This document shows positions 25,291 through 38,225 of a DNA stretch of 64,000 bases, one piece after another. The notes beneath the pieces were generated by a model. It saw only the letters and a program-made list of their open reading frames with translations. It searched no databases and had not been told where the DNA came from. Source of the stretch: Dicyema japonicum (Eukaryota; Animalia; Dicyemida); assembly GCA_011109175.1 (NCBI GenBank), contig RDEW01000010.1:290494-354493 (forward strand), in the 5' to 3' direction. How positions within the stretch are numbered: the first letter of the stretch is position 1; every line of letters starts with the position of its first letter. The translations under genes and the position numbers were made by a program.

Positions 25291-26260
25291 ATGGAAGATT
25301 ATTTTGTTGCAATGGCTTCTTACAAGGGTTTTGTGAAAAATTGCGTTGAATATCAAACTTTGAAAGATGCTTTGCATGATAAATTTCCCGAAAATCTTCC
25401 GAGGCACCGAAAATATAGGCTTGTAAAGAAGATAGAGAATTTTTCTATTATCAATGACAGGTATTGTAAATTTTCAATAATTTTAGACTGTATCTTAAAT
25501 CAACTGATCCAAGTTAGTCATATCCCTGGATAATGAAACCGAAATGGAGCATGTTGCGAAATCGTTGCACGAGTTTTCACACGGAGGAGTCAATAAAATT
25601 GAGTATGAATGTCGACAAAGATACTTCACTGTAAAGAATGAGATTATCAGAAAAGTCATTCGAAATTGTGAAGTCTGCAAATTTTCGCGTCCTTTAAAAG
25701 TTCGTGATTTTTTATAATTGTAGATTGGAGATATAAATCACCATGTGTTTGCTTCTTCTCCAAATGAACGTTTTCAGGTAGATCTAATAGACCTGAAAAA
25801 ATTTTCAACATTAAATGAAAATTTCAAATGGATTTTAACGGTCATTGACATATATAGTAGGTTGGTTTTTTTTTAATTTATAGATTCGCTTTTGTACGAC
25901 CACTCTATAATAAGTCTGGTAAAGAAGTATGTGAAAACTTAAGATCTTTGTTCCGCCTGAATGGGCCATGTAAATTTCTTCAGTCGGACAATGGTTCTGA
26001 ATTTAAAAATCAAGAAATAACAAAACTTTGCGAAGATTTTAACATTAAGCAAATTCACGGAAGGCCTAACAATCCACGAGCAACAAGGAATTGTCGAAAG
26101 ATTTAATCATACGATCACGAGGAAGTTGTCAAAAATGCTGGATAACAGTGAAAAAAAGTGGCTTGATAAATTAGAAAGTGCTGTCTACAGTTATAACATA
26201 TCGGTCCATTCATTTTCCAACGAAAGTCCTTTCGAAAAGAAATTTAATTTTTGTGGTTAA
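25291..26260 (+). CDS. Ginger transposase/integrase with three tiny introns (frameshifted)
   Basis: HHCC finger (LHEFSH...CEVC) and DDE core (FQVDLID, LQSDNGSEF, QGIVERFN), then W...L..AV.SYN.SVH....SPF. Introns 25461-25486, 25700-25723 and 25861-25883. Frameshifts near 25510 and 26082. Confidence 0.85.
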
Positions 26261-26569
26261 TAAATCATTTATAAAATTAATTGAAGTTAATCTCGGTCAA
26301 GTTAATGTAACAGGCTGCCCATAGGTATCGCTTGCCCATGTGACATATTATCTATCATACTATACGTACAATTTCTGTTTTTTTTGTTATTTGAATTGAA
26401 TCCAGATACTTTGTGCACCAGAAATTTCCTTCCTTTTTAGAACCTTAGGAAAGGTTAATGATTCAATGAGGTAGAAGAAGCCATGTCTCTTTACGACCTT
26501 TTCGGATTGGGTGACGCTTTTCAAGTGATTCACATGGCACAACGCTAGCGTTGCATGTTGCAATTTCCA

Positions 26570-28480
26570 TAATTTAAAAAGCGCAGGCCTTCAATCATCA
26601 TACAAGTCTCTCAAGACAAAGGGAAACAAAAAATGTTTATTCCTTGCAGTTACAGACCCCCTCCAGTAAGGTGCGTAGAGCGAATAATCATTTTTTGTGC
26701 CATCTAGGTACTGGGTGCCATCTGAAACAGGTGGATCAAATGACTACACTCTAGTGACAGAAACAAAAATAGAAAGAGAAATCTTCTTTCTATATATTAA
26801 TGTTATAGAAATCGATTAAACATTTTGGTTTAGATGGTGACGAAATCTCTATTGCACAATGTCTTATTCGTATTGTTTACCAACTTCTCTGTTCACACTG
26901 GGAACCTTTAATTGCAGAGGACTTAAACAACCTCACAAGAATTTAGCACAGCGTTCAACTGACTCTTATGCAATACTTGTTTCAAGCACTCAGCAAGACA
27001 CAAGACAACTTGGATTGGCACCAGAAAAGACAAATCAGGCAACACAATTTGAATATACAACCAGATTGACTATATTCTCTGCAAGCAACATCAGAAGGCA
27101 CTCATGCAAAGTTCGAAGTCATATGGCGGACTTGAAACTAGCAGCAATCACAAACTTGTTGTCGCTTGGCTAATTCTAAACAGAATTCATGGAATACATG
27201 GAAAACGCAAAGGTATCGCCTCAGTACGATACGACATGGATGTTACGTTAGAGGCAGAGTCCTAACAAAGATCAAACAAATACAAAAATTCCTTCCCAGA
27301 AATGAAGAAAATCAAATTTCCGAAATAACGAAATATAAAGACGGACCAATGATGTTCAATGCAATTCGCTTCCTTAACAGAGGGAGGAGTTCGGCCCGAT
27401 CACTGTCCACGATAAGCTCGACCGTACTGTCATTGGAGACGTTAACAAAACTAATGTAATAGCTTCGCATTTTGATCATCTATTCAACTCGCACAGCGAA
27501 ATTAACTACATAATGAAATCATTGAAACCAGACAAATAAACATTACAATTAACTACACAATCATTGATACCAGACTATGCCAAAAGTATAAAAAATCTAT
27601 TGCAATACTTGGTATTGATATGTCCGTTTATTCGATTCGATACACCGGGAAAACTTATGGAAGTTCTGAAAAGTTTTCTTCACCCAGACGACGTTAAAAT
27701 AATTCGCCTTATCATGCAGAACACTCACATTTCTGTCAAAATTGGCAAATGTACCTCCAACTTTTTTCCAACTTTACGTGGAGTTCCACAGGGGGACTCG
27801 CTATCCCCGGTCTTTTTCATTTTACCATAAAGCTGTACTAAGAGAGTTCAGGACCCTGATTTGAAACAACTATGACGAAATAATTTATGCGGACGATCTG
27901 GATTTTGTTCTTAGGATACTCAAACACTTCAGCACATACTCAGCGTACTCCAACACATATTTTCGAAATGGTTCTTAACCGTACATCATGACAAAACGGA
28001 GTTTACAACGCTTACAAGTAATGATCGGAGATCGGACGAGTCATGGAGAAGGCAAAAGAAGGTTGGTTCGCTTCTAGGAGACTCTGAAAATGTTACTCGT
28101 AGGAAGATCCTTGCTATGAGTGCGCTGAAAAAAATATCGTCAATATGGAGCCACAAGAAGAGGATAGGACTAAACACCAGGCTTAGGATATACAAAACTT
28201 TTGTCATCCCGGTACTAACCTACAACTCTGGGACTTAAAGAATCTCTAAACGGGAAATGGACCGTCTTGACTCATTCCACAGAGCTCAGCTTAAATCGGT
28301 ACTCAAGATCAACTGGTCTATGAAGATCTCTAATGCTAACCTTTATGATAAATGCAAATCTGGCATGCTGTCAGAAAATATTTTCAAATCAAGATGGAGC
28401 CTCCTTGGTCACGTGTTTCGTCTAAATGACCAGGTCCCCGCAATTGTCGCTGAGGAAGAGGTTCTTTATATTTAGGCCGC
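26570..28480 (+). mobile_element. RTE-like retrotransposon with 5' leader (deleted and degenerate)
   Basis: Leader motif 26640-26760, LGTFNCRGL (APE start), GVPQGDSLSP, YADD and SRWSLLGHVFRL. Confidence 0.88.
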
Positions 28481-28739
28481 CGCAGTTCTTTCTTATTATT
28501 AACCCCGATATACTGAGGAAGAAGTTAACAATTAAATTAGTTTATAAAGTTCCACTGTCACAGAAAACAGTCCTTCAATTGTTACACAAATTCATCCAGA
28601 ACCAGTATAAAAGTACTCTTGGAGTGGGAGAGAGTAATGAGTGGAGAGAGTAATATACCCTGGTACTAAGTCATCAGACGTTACATGTAGTCAGAAAAGG
28701 CCTAAAATCAGGTCTTAGTATTTTTTAGTTTTTCTTTAT

Positions 28740-31113
28740 ATAGCGTTTTATTTATTTGTTGCCTCAGCCAGACCGCTTCCTTATGGTGGGTTAATTTCCC
28801 CCGATTTTCTTCAGGAAAGAGGCTGTGATACTTCCCGCGGCACCAGACGTCTCGATTGCCACCGGTACAAAACAAAAGCGGTCTCTAATTTCGCCATATT
28901 TTTTTAATCTTGATTTTTTTCGGCCAGATCGGCTGCCGATCCAGCAGACTGCGCCGAACTGAGTATCATCGAGTTCGAGCAAATCCACAACAGTGCAGTC
29001 CCATACGAACGATTTTCCCTCAGTAAACGGAAAGATAGTTAACCCATCCGGTCTTTTTCCATCTCCGCGGTTCAATCCCATGGGCTCCAGTACTGCCGGG
29101 AAGCTTGCAGTTTTACGAACACGCATGGCAACTTTGTTCATAGCAGTGCTCTGCCCTCACTCCTTTTGCACGAAAACGAATGCACCTCTTTGGCATAGAC
29201 GATCCCTCTACAATGACATTGGTGTTCGACGCAAACATCAACTCCCAGGTGTTGTGCGATTCCAATCCGAATACAGTCATCGTCCAAAAGGGTCCCCAGA
29301 GAGGAACACGGGAGTGTATCTAGCCACGCTCCGCTCCCATGGTTGGCGGCAGACACGAGGCATGCAGAACGATGCTGGTTGGCCACAGACTTTAGCACGT
29401 CGAATATATTCTTGGAGTAGATCTCATCCCAGTCACTTTGCCTCGAAGGATCGTTCGGCGTATCCAAACTAGTTTCACACCATTCGCGACGAGCTTCGTC
29501 GAAGACTTTTTCCCAAGAAAGTCCAGTTGAAAAACGTAGGATATCTTGGACCAAAAGACTTCCACTTGAGAGCGATGACACATATTTGGAAAGGCGATTT
29601 CCAGCGCCGACCTGAGACCCGTACCTCCGAGGCGTGTAGGAAGCTTGCATTGATTCCAACTTGGCACGTCAAAGTGGATGTTTAGAAGCAATTCAGCTGA
29701 TTTTCTCAATGTCCTATCCTGTGACAGGAGGATGTCACGATGTTTGAAGCAGGGAGATCATATAGGAGTTTGGGCAAGCCGATGCTATTATTCAAAAGGA
29801 AGAACGCTGTATGAACATTGAGTAAGGAGAGTATCTCCATAACTCAAGAGAGTTCATCCTTTTTTGTTAGTAGATGCCTCCGCAGTTCTTTTTCGTCAAG
29901 TGGGCACCCAAGAAAGTATGTCCGGTCCCTGGGTACGACAGTAATTCCAGGTAGTACCGAGTTGAAAGACTCGACCACGTTGATAAAATCACTCTCCGAG
30001 TATGTGATATTGTGGTACGGTGCGTTTGTGGTGCGTAATTGTATTATCATGGACCGTCGTTCACATAATGGAGCAACACATATTATACGCAAAAAACTGG
30101 ACACTACATGCGGTTATGCTAATGCACGCAAATATGGACTTTTCTGCTCGTTTTGCGGTGACTTTTTCCACCTCGGATGCATAAAGATGTCTCAGCGGGA
30201 TGCATGCTCGCTCTGCCTTTGGAACTGCAGTGCTTGCATGGGCACTGGTCGGAAAACCCAGACGATTATTCCAAACGAGCACGTCGAACCGAATGAGCCT
30301 CTAGACTTCAATGATATGGACAACCTCTTGCTCTTCTTGTCGGATCTAAGGAAAGCCAGGAAGATTCCAATCAGGATTCCAAGACCCGTCCGGATCCCCG
30401 CGGCTACATGCCTGGCCTCTGCGTAAACTATTTGAAGGCGATGTCCGAGCGGCGTTGCGCGTTGTTGTCAGCGACGATACTATCATGTCCGAGACATTCC
30501 TCCTCACGCAAGGGAACTTCTTTTCAGCGCACATCTACTGACCTTCAAAAAACCCGAAGGTGGGGTCCGCCCCATCGCAGTCGACAACTATTTCAGAAGA
30601 CTGACAGCGAAAATCGCATGCAGTATTGTCTGTCCGAGAATATCTGAAAAATTTTCCCCCTCCAACTGAGAGTCGGTGTAAGGAACGGATGCTAGGCGGC
30701 AGTGCATGCTGCGAAGTGTTTTTTTGGACAGAAAGACAAATAAAACCCACACATTCGGGGTCTAGTGAAACATCTGCAATGCCTTCAATTCACTGCGGAG
30801 ACCTCAAATTTTCGAAACTACAAGCAAACGAGCCCCGGAACTTATTCCACTCGTCTACCTCGCATACGGAACCACCTCTTCACTGGTTTTCGGGGACAAG
30901 ATTATTTGTTCGGAGACTGGAGTCCAACAAGGGGACCTACTTGGTCCACTTCTCTTCGCTCTGGCCATCGATAAAATTGTCCGCTCTATCAACACAGAAC
31001 TAAACTTCTGGTATCTTGATGACGCCACGATTGAAGGGCCGTGGAGAAAAGTTCATGACGTTCTGTCACAGGCCGTGCCGGCACTACGAAACCTCGGACT
31101 TGAGATAAATATC
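28740..31113. mobile_element. CRE-clade retrotransposon with inverted 5' half (PHD finger plus RT on +, RT thumb plus REL on -)
   Basis: Plus strand 30040-31113: CSFC..FFHLGC..CLWNCSAC, RPIAV, GVQQGD.LGPLLFSLAI, WYLDD, LGLEIN. Minus strand 30010-28740: FLGCPL, LPTRLGGTGLR, GKRPDGLT...VWDCTVVD, PVAIETSG. Confidence 0.88.
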
Positions 31114-31169
31114 TTAATAATAAACAGCCTTTTCACGAGAGCCATAATATCTATAGCTCCGCATAGGCA

Positions 31170-31434
31170 ACACACACTTTATTTAAGTAAGGAACAGTTA
31201 ATTTTAACTAATCGTAGAACCAAGGAATGATCTTCACTTCTTTTTTTCTTTTCTTGTGTGTGGGTCCTTTCTAGACAATCCAGTTCCGCAGTGAGTATTC
31301 ACTGATGACGGCGTCACTCGTCAAACCCTTTTGGCATCGTAGATGCGTGAACCTTCCACCAGGTGAACAGCAGCGAGAATCGACCCGTAACCTAAGTCAC
31401 TTTAGCCCGACACCTAACCACTATGCCACCCGGC
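31170..31434 (-). mobile_element. tRNA-derived SINE
   Basis: Head GCCGGGTGGCATAGTGGTTAG (A box) ... GGGTCGATTCTC (B-box-like). The body is shared with copies at 38570-38680, 47830-48050 and 63290-63445. Confidence 0.75.
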
Positions 31435-31591
31435 AAAAAAAATCTTAGTATTAAAAAAAATTATTTTTAGAAAATTAATAAAGCGAATAAAATTCATTTT
31501 ATTAACAAACTATAATATTTTTATTTTGGTTAACCTATCAAAATAAATTGCTTTTAAATTTGTCTTAAGATATACAATTCATTAGCACGTC

Positions 31592-32152
<561 letters not shown>

Positions 32153-32999
32153 TATCTACCTAACATTTCTAATTCATTTAATGGCTAACATACTATTCTT
32201 TAAATTTTTTGAAAATATGTTGCCTGGCTATTAATTGATTTTATGGAACAATTGATTATAGCACAGCACATGCTAGTTTTATTTTTAATAAATTAGTTTT
32301 TCAGTTTGTGCTTCAAATTTTATATTTTCTGTGTTTAATTGAGCTAAACATGTCAAACTTTTATTTGTTCACGCATTTATATAAAAATTGAAGCTTTTTT
32401 TACATTAAAAATTTATATATTATATCTAGGGGTCATAAAGTTAAAAATTAATTTTATATATTTTAAATAAAAAATTATTTTAAAGCTATATTTAAATAAA
32501 TTATAAAGTTTTTTTATATATAGTTTTAAATACAAACAGTCCGACTTTGTTAATAGTTTTAAATACAAACAGTCCGACCTCGTTGTGGGGAAACCCAAAC
32601 TGTCGGGAAAACCTCTTTTTGGGAGATTTTATCTTTTTAATAGTCATAATTTAAGTGTTGCTTAATGGTGTGGTGTGACTTCTTTGCAATGAAGGAAGAA
32701 AGAAGAAAAGAAGACGAAAAATTCAGAAAATCAATGAAGGATCCATCAACAGGAGCAGCAGGAGACGTATTAGCTCATATTCTGCATGTGAGATCGGAGA
32801 AGTTGGCATCTTGTGGAAATTGCAACGTAAGGAAGTGAGGCTTGAATTGTAAGTCTTGAGAGATTTTTCCACCTCGGGCTCGTGTGAATGTCGAAACTGG
32901 TAGTGGGATCCCTTTATAAATGAGACTGAGCGTGTTGCATGGATGCTGATTCCATCAGAACCGCTAATTCATTTAAGTTAATCATTTCTCGAATTCTAG

Positions 33000-33860
33000 A
33001 AGCATTGAACCCTTTTACTACACTCATTGGTAAATTGGAAGGCTAGATGGATCCACTAGAGATATCCAAGGGCTCTTGTAATGCTCACGTCATTAAAGTG
33101 CCATCAGAATCAATGATCCGATCTCTAAATACGGCACTTCTGACCCTTGGAATTTACTGCACGTACAAGGTCGTAGTGTATTATGGCCTCGAAAATTAAA
33201 AAAAAGCGGCTCTGCCTTTTTGACCACACTAGTAATGGTTGTGTCTTGTGACGAAACACTCGTAGAACCATGTTCAGGAATCTTGGAGTTACTGAGAAGA
33301 AAGCACCCTACTCCACCTCCGAACCAACGCTGCCGGAAGATCTCCCGATATTTTCCCTTACTGAAAACGAAGTAATACGAGGAATAAAGACTTTTACTCA
33401 CAGCTGTAGATAAGTTATGTACGGACCGCGCCCAGACCATGTAAAGGATTTAATTTAAGAAGTTACTGTTGAGGTGGGCTGCGAATTCAACCTGTGGTAC
33501 ATGGACAGAGGCGATGGAAGAGGCCAGATGTAATGTCATTATTTCCATACTCCCATGGGAAATCACTTGTTAGGACTCCACATGTGTGGACACCTTTTCT
33601 GGGGCCAGATCGTTGTCGGTACACTCTCATCTGGAGACGTGGGAGAGAAGGTCGAGGTCAGGAAAATCAGAAAGTACGGAAACACTCAGCGATAAAAACC
33701 ATTTCATTCCTATTGTGATGGAGACTTCCGACGCTGTGGGAGAGAAGACAGACGAATTTCTTTCCAATATCGGAAAAAGACTTGCTTCTAAGAAATACGA
33801 GGACTCTGGTTAATGCAGAAGCTCGAAATGGCGGTGATTAGAGGGAAAGTCTTTGCAATC
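33000..33860 (+). mobile_element. CRE-like fragments
   Basis: LLRRKHP, KRPDVMSLFPYSHGKSL and HFIPIVMETS. Confidence 0.7.
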
Positions 33861-34249
33861 CTGGTCTTCTTACCTGTTTACTTTTTTTTAAAAATTAATA
33901 TTTTTGTAAAAGTGATGCTAAATAACATTAATGTAGGGGAACCCTATAAATTGAAACTACCCTGGAGAAAAATACAATTCGCCTATAATAGGGGGGTCAA
34001 AGTATCCAAGAGTATTGTGAGAAGTAAATCTAAAATCCATAAGCATTTCTACTTCTATCTAATAATCAAACATCGACATAATATTTTTTTAAAATACGAC
34101 TTATGATGCAGTTATAAAGATAGCAGCTGCAGTTTATGCAAAGTGCAAGGCCAAATTGAAATAGGATTATCCCCTTGTTTTAATTCTAACCTTTGAAGAG
34201 AGCAAAAAAATATAGTTTCCTATTAATGAGTTTCTCATTGAATTATTTT

Positions 34250-35110
34250 GCTTGAAAATCTGAAGGACAATGGAAGGTACTATGAGGCGACTCTGCAACA
34301 AATCAAGATCTCGCTACCATCCAAATGGAGTCCTTCAATGCTCTCCACTGTCACCACAACTCTTCAACCTCTACATAAACGACATTCCATAAATTTGCAA
34401 TGAAAACTGTCTAATCCTTTCATACGCCGACAATATCATTTTTTCTACTAGGGACAAAATCATATCATTTTTCAATCAGAGACTCAATCCGCTCGACAAA
34501 TGCTTGACAAGCTGGAACGAAGCGGAGGCTCGACAACAAAGTCCTCTGTTACGCTGTTTACCACTTACAAAAGATAGCTCCGTCGAACCAAAAATCCTTG
34601 TGAAGAACGAGGTTATTCTTATTAACAAAAAACCGAAGATTCTGGGAGTCACCTTTGATCAAGGACTCTCTTTTATCCGACATGCTGAGAACAAAATAAC
34701 CTCTATGAAGAAAATGAGAATTTTTAAAAGTGCTCTCAAACACTTAAAGAGTAAACTGGGAACCTTGCACAGTTAATGAACAATTTATCCGACCCACGAT
34801 GACATATGCAAGTCCTTCGTGGGCAATCAGATTTCACGCTACTAGTAATTGAAACTATCTGCAATCCAGGAGACTGAAGTTGATTAGATCAGAACACAAG
34901 ATCAAACCTATTGAAAATCTTCTAGTTGAATTAAAACGAAAATTCCTAAAGACAGTCAGTCTACCAAGCTGCCCTATTGCATATACTATCGAAATATCTA
35001 AGAACATGTAAAAAGTTTGAGCCGATGCCATGTCTAATGAGAACAGCAGTACAGGATTTTCGACCCCGACGGACTAGATAATTTAATTAGAGTTTGAATA
35101 TCGTATTCTG
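34250..35110 (+). mobile_element. Ingi/I-like LINE RT and C-terminal remnant
   Basis: NGVLQ, YADN, KPKILGVTFDQGLSF..H and IRPTMTYASPSW. Confidence 0.75.
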
Positions 35111-35249
35111 TTAATAAAATAAACTTTATGAATGTATAGAAACAACCATTCTCCAATTCAAACTAACTCCTCTATTCACCATAATCCATTCTCTAATGCA
35201 CACTAATCAATTCTTTAATTCACCCTAATTCATCAGAAAATAGGGGGAA

Positions 35250-36330
35250 GATGTCAAGGTCTCCCATTTTGTCGCATACTACGTCAAACATGTTTTTAGA
35301 CAAAATTAAAAATTTTGTTTTCCTCCGAAAAGAAGCAACCATTTGTTTTGGAATGATAAGGTTGCCTTATCAGCCCGGACGTGATATTATACGACAATAC
35401 CTTCTGTCCGAGAGCAAACTTCGTATCTAAAAATAAAGTTCCTTTTCGACACCACATTTCGCAAGACAATAAAAAGTTCAAAATGCCACACAGTGTCGAA
35501 AGCTTTGAATATATAAGGCAGACCGCTGTCAAACATCCTTTAGTTTCCAAAACCTTTACAATTGACGTGTTAACACTGTAAAGACAATCCACACAATAGC
35601 GATTTTTGCGAAAACCCCACTAGTGTTCTTTCAATATATCATTCTGTCTTTTTAGAACAAGATCCACCACGTCCAGTAAAATGGACTTTTAAATATTCTC
35701 TATTCAATTGATTCAAGTTCCTGACTCCTAATGTTGAGGAACGAATCATTCCACTATTACGTGTATGTGGATGCAGAGAATGGTTTTTCTCTCAAAGGAA
35801 AGAATCCTTTTGCTGGCAGAAAAAACGAAGAGATCGGTTATAAAGTTTGCTGTCCAGATGAGGCCCGATGCGAAGTTGAATGAGAATGAAAAGGAATTCT
35901 AAGACTAGCGAGAAATACTAGTGGAAATGATAATAACCTTTCCTTGAGAAAGCCTGTGACTTATTTTCTACTTACTTTAAATTAACAGTTTGGAAGGGAC
36001 TCAAGTTAAGAGTACCTCATCATCTCGACCTTCCTACCAAATAACCACAAGGCTAACTGGTCTGTGAGTTTAATGGTTAATTCGATCAAGTGGTTAATAG
36101 GTCAGAGTTAAAATTTGAGGTCCCTTTGTTCTACGAAATTTAAACTTAGCTTTAGTAGATGAAAACCCTTGTATTCTCTTTTTAAGCATGGACAAGTAGA
36201 CGGACTTGAGAGACATCGAAAGCCCAAAGTTCTGAACAAAATAAATGTCAGATGTACGAAGTATCCGGCTTCAAATTCCACCCAAATTGAAATAACTCAG
36301 TGATCATCTGTCAGAGCCTCTACATATGAT
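35250..36330 (-). mobile_element. Degenerate APE-RT LINE fragment
   Basis: The minus strand near 35500 reads IFKAFDTVWH. Confidence 0.5.
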
Positions 36331-36409
36331 ACTTAATATGACTCTATGTATGGTCCTAGTTTTTTAATTTCCAATCATTAACTGAATTCTAAGTTTAATA
36401 TTTTTATTC

Positions 36410-37290
36410 TCAAACTCTGAAAATCAAATAATTTTCATACAAAAAATTGATAATGTCGGTTGTGATGAATTCATCATAATTATGCAATATTAGCATAATC
36501 ACGAAGATGATATCAGATTTTAAGTAATTTATTGTAAATTCCGTCACTAATTCATGGCTATTAGGATCCCCTAGGAGATGTCACTGAGCTGTTTTCTTAA
36601 CTTTCGCTTCTCCACTTAAAAATATCGTAGCCACTTCACTATGTTGAGACATAATAGTATAATCAGCCAAATCCAATAAACCACAAATATGGCTTCCAAT
36701 ATTAGATTTATGGGCAGAACACACTGAACACTATAATTTTGTCCTATATATTTCCGAATTCTTTGACGTTAAAATCACATAAAACAACACGTGGAAAATA
36801 ATGGGAAGATTCTGACCGATTATTTGTGATCAGTCCACGTGCAATTTGTGTCCAAAATAAGTGATGCAACCATTAGAGAACAGAATATCAATAAATGTGA
36901 TTTGAAAAACCACGTTGGTGATGTATAATACTATGGATGTGATGTATATTATGGATATGCAGTCCTCGTTCTTATTTTCGTCACAGATTCCCAAAATTTG
37001 AAGGATTATTATAATCTTGCATTTAAATGAATTCTCATTCAGATAGAGATCCCTTACTTTCAATATTATACGAAAATATCGTACTATAGCATTAATAGTG
37101 ATTCTTCTGATCTGCTAATTTGAGGATTTGTTGTGATTCGCAACGTGCCCGAACACATTCCCGGTGTTAATACTCAAACTTCTTCTAGAATTCCAAAAAA
37201 TCAAAGGGATTTGGCATAAAAATCCGAATACCAAGAATAATAGTGGAATATATGGATAATAGCGAAGTTGGTGTTTAACTTTGTGTGATT
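36410..37290 (-). pseudogene. inx: Second innexin, degenerate and 5'-truncated
   Basis: LRYYPYIPLLFL..LCQIPLIFW, LYITNVVFQ, YFPRVVLCDFNVKEFGNI, YSVQCVLPINLILEAIFVVYWIW and YLKSD.IF. In-frame TAG (37115-37117), frameshifts, no N-terminal half seen. Confidence 0.8.
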
Positions 37291-37419
37291 CTGCTCACTT
37301 TTTTCCGTAATAAATTGTTTAATAAAAATATTTAATTAATTATTAAAAAACTTAAAGTGAAGTGATTTTCGAGAAATTTAATTAAAATCAGAAATTAAAA
37401 TATGTAAATAGTCTATTAA

Positions 37420-37660
37420 CTATGCCACGTGGCGTAAATGTTAACATGGTGCTAGATTTTTTGTTTATTTTTTCTGTTCCTCTTCTTCCTTTTTGCCTCC
37501 GGGCAGCTTGAATTGTAGTGTGCGTCACGTAGTTAACCATCTCTGGTGGCGCCAGACATCTTATAACAACCATCCAGAGGAGTTCCCCTTGGACGGCACT
37601 TCCTTAAGTCCGAACATGTGAAGACTGTTGAGGGAAACCTGGATCCCTGAATTTTTTCAT
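37420..37660 (-). repeat. Solo copy (diverged subfamily) of the structured leader repeat
   Basis: ATCCAGGTTTCCCT ... TGGCGCCACCAGAGATGGT ... GTGACGC, plus a CCACGTGG tail. Confidence 0.5.
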
Positions 37661-38029
37661 TGCTTTTTTCTGGTTTAATAAATAAATACAGATTAATTTG
37701 TCACGTGCTTGTAGCTTCTGTGGATCATTGACTGCAACTCAAATAAACAAATTAATTTTTTTTAACAATTAAACAAATGTCAGTCCTTCTCGTTGAACAA
37801 ATTAATTGATAATATTTAATTGGTACATCAATTACACGTGTCATCTTTAATTATCGGCCATCCCAAACATTGGGGTACATCATGTTTTTGATGCAAGCAT
37901 AATATTTTGATGTGTTCACTGTGATTTTACAATTCGATATTTTTGAATTTCATTAAACAATGATTTCTTTAAATGCAAAAAGTGAAATTTTTTAGATTGA
38001 ATTAATTAAATTAAAATTATTTCCAAAGT

Positions 38030-38225
38030 AACTAACTCCTCGATCCTGACTCGTTTCAGCACTCCAGAACTTGTTACCAGGTAACGACGTTGTCCCCGAG
38101 GAAGAATTTTTGGATCCTCTTGATGCCTGCCAGGCATTGGGTGCCTCCTCAGTAAGGTGGATCCAGTGAAGCCATCGGAAGGAAGGAAAATAATTTTGAC
38201 AAACTATCCACGTGGCGCCACGCGA
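38030..38225 (+). repeat. Solo short element carrying the structured leader core
   Basis: Aligns along its length with the reverse complement of 60250-60470; core shared with the RTE leaders. Confidence 0.75.

Larger units (their letters stand above)
24522..26345 (+). mobile_element. Ginger2/TDD DNA transposon (Gypsy-type integrase, TIRs)
   Basis: ~42-bp imperfect TIRs TGTCACATGGGC...ATGGGCAGCCTGTTACATT, TGT...ACA termini, TATTA on both flanks (5-bp TSD). Confidence 0.88.

Noticed and set aside
31290-31375. Hammerhead ribozyme on the SINE antisense strand (CTGATGA...GAAAC; CTGAAGA in the 47.9-kb copy)
   Set aside because: Stem II does not close next to the core, and no NUH cleavage triplet with compatible stems I and III is conserved across copies.
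31365-31434. Functional tRNA gene
   Set aside because: Acceptor and anticodon stems do not pair properly, and the sequence continues into a repeated SINE body.
36410-37290. Non-standard genetic code (TAA/TAG read as Gln) suggested by in-frame stops
   Set aside because: Intact genes end at TAA (calmodulin, SNRPC), TAG (WDR19) and TGA (PRPF18) at the expected positions and use CAA/CAG for Gln. Other stops fall in introns or decayed sequence.
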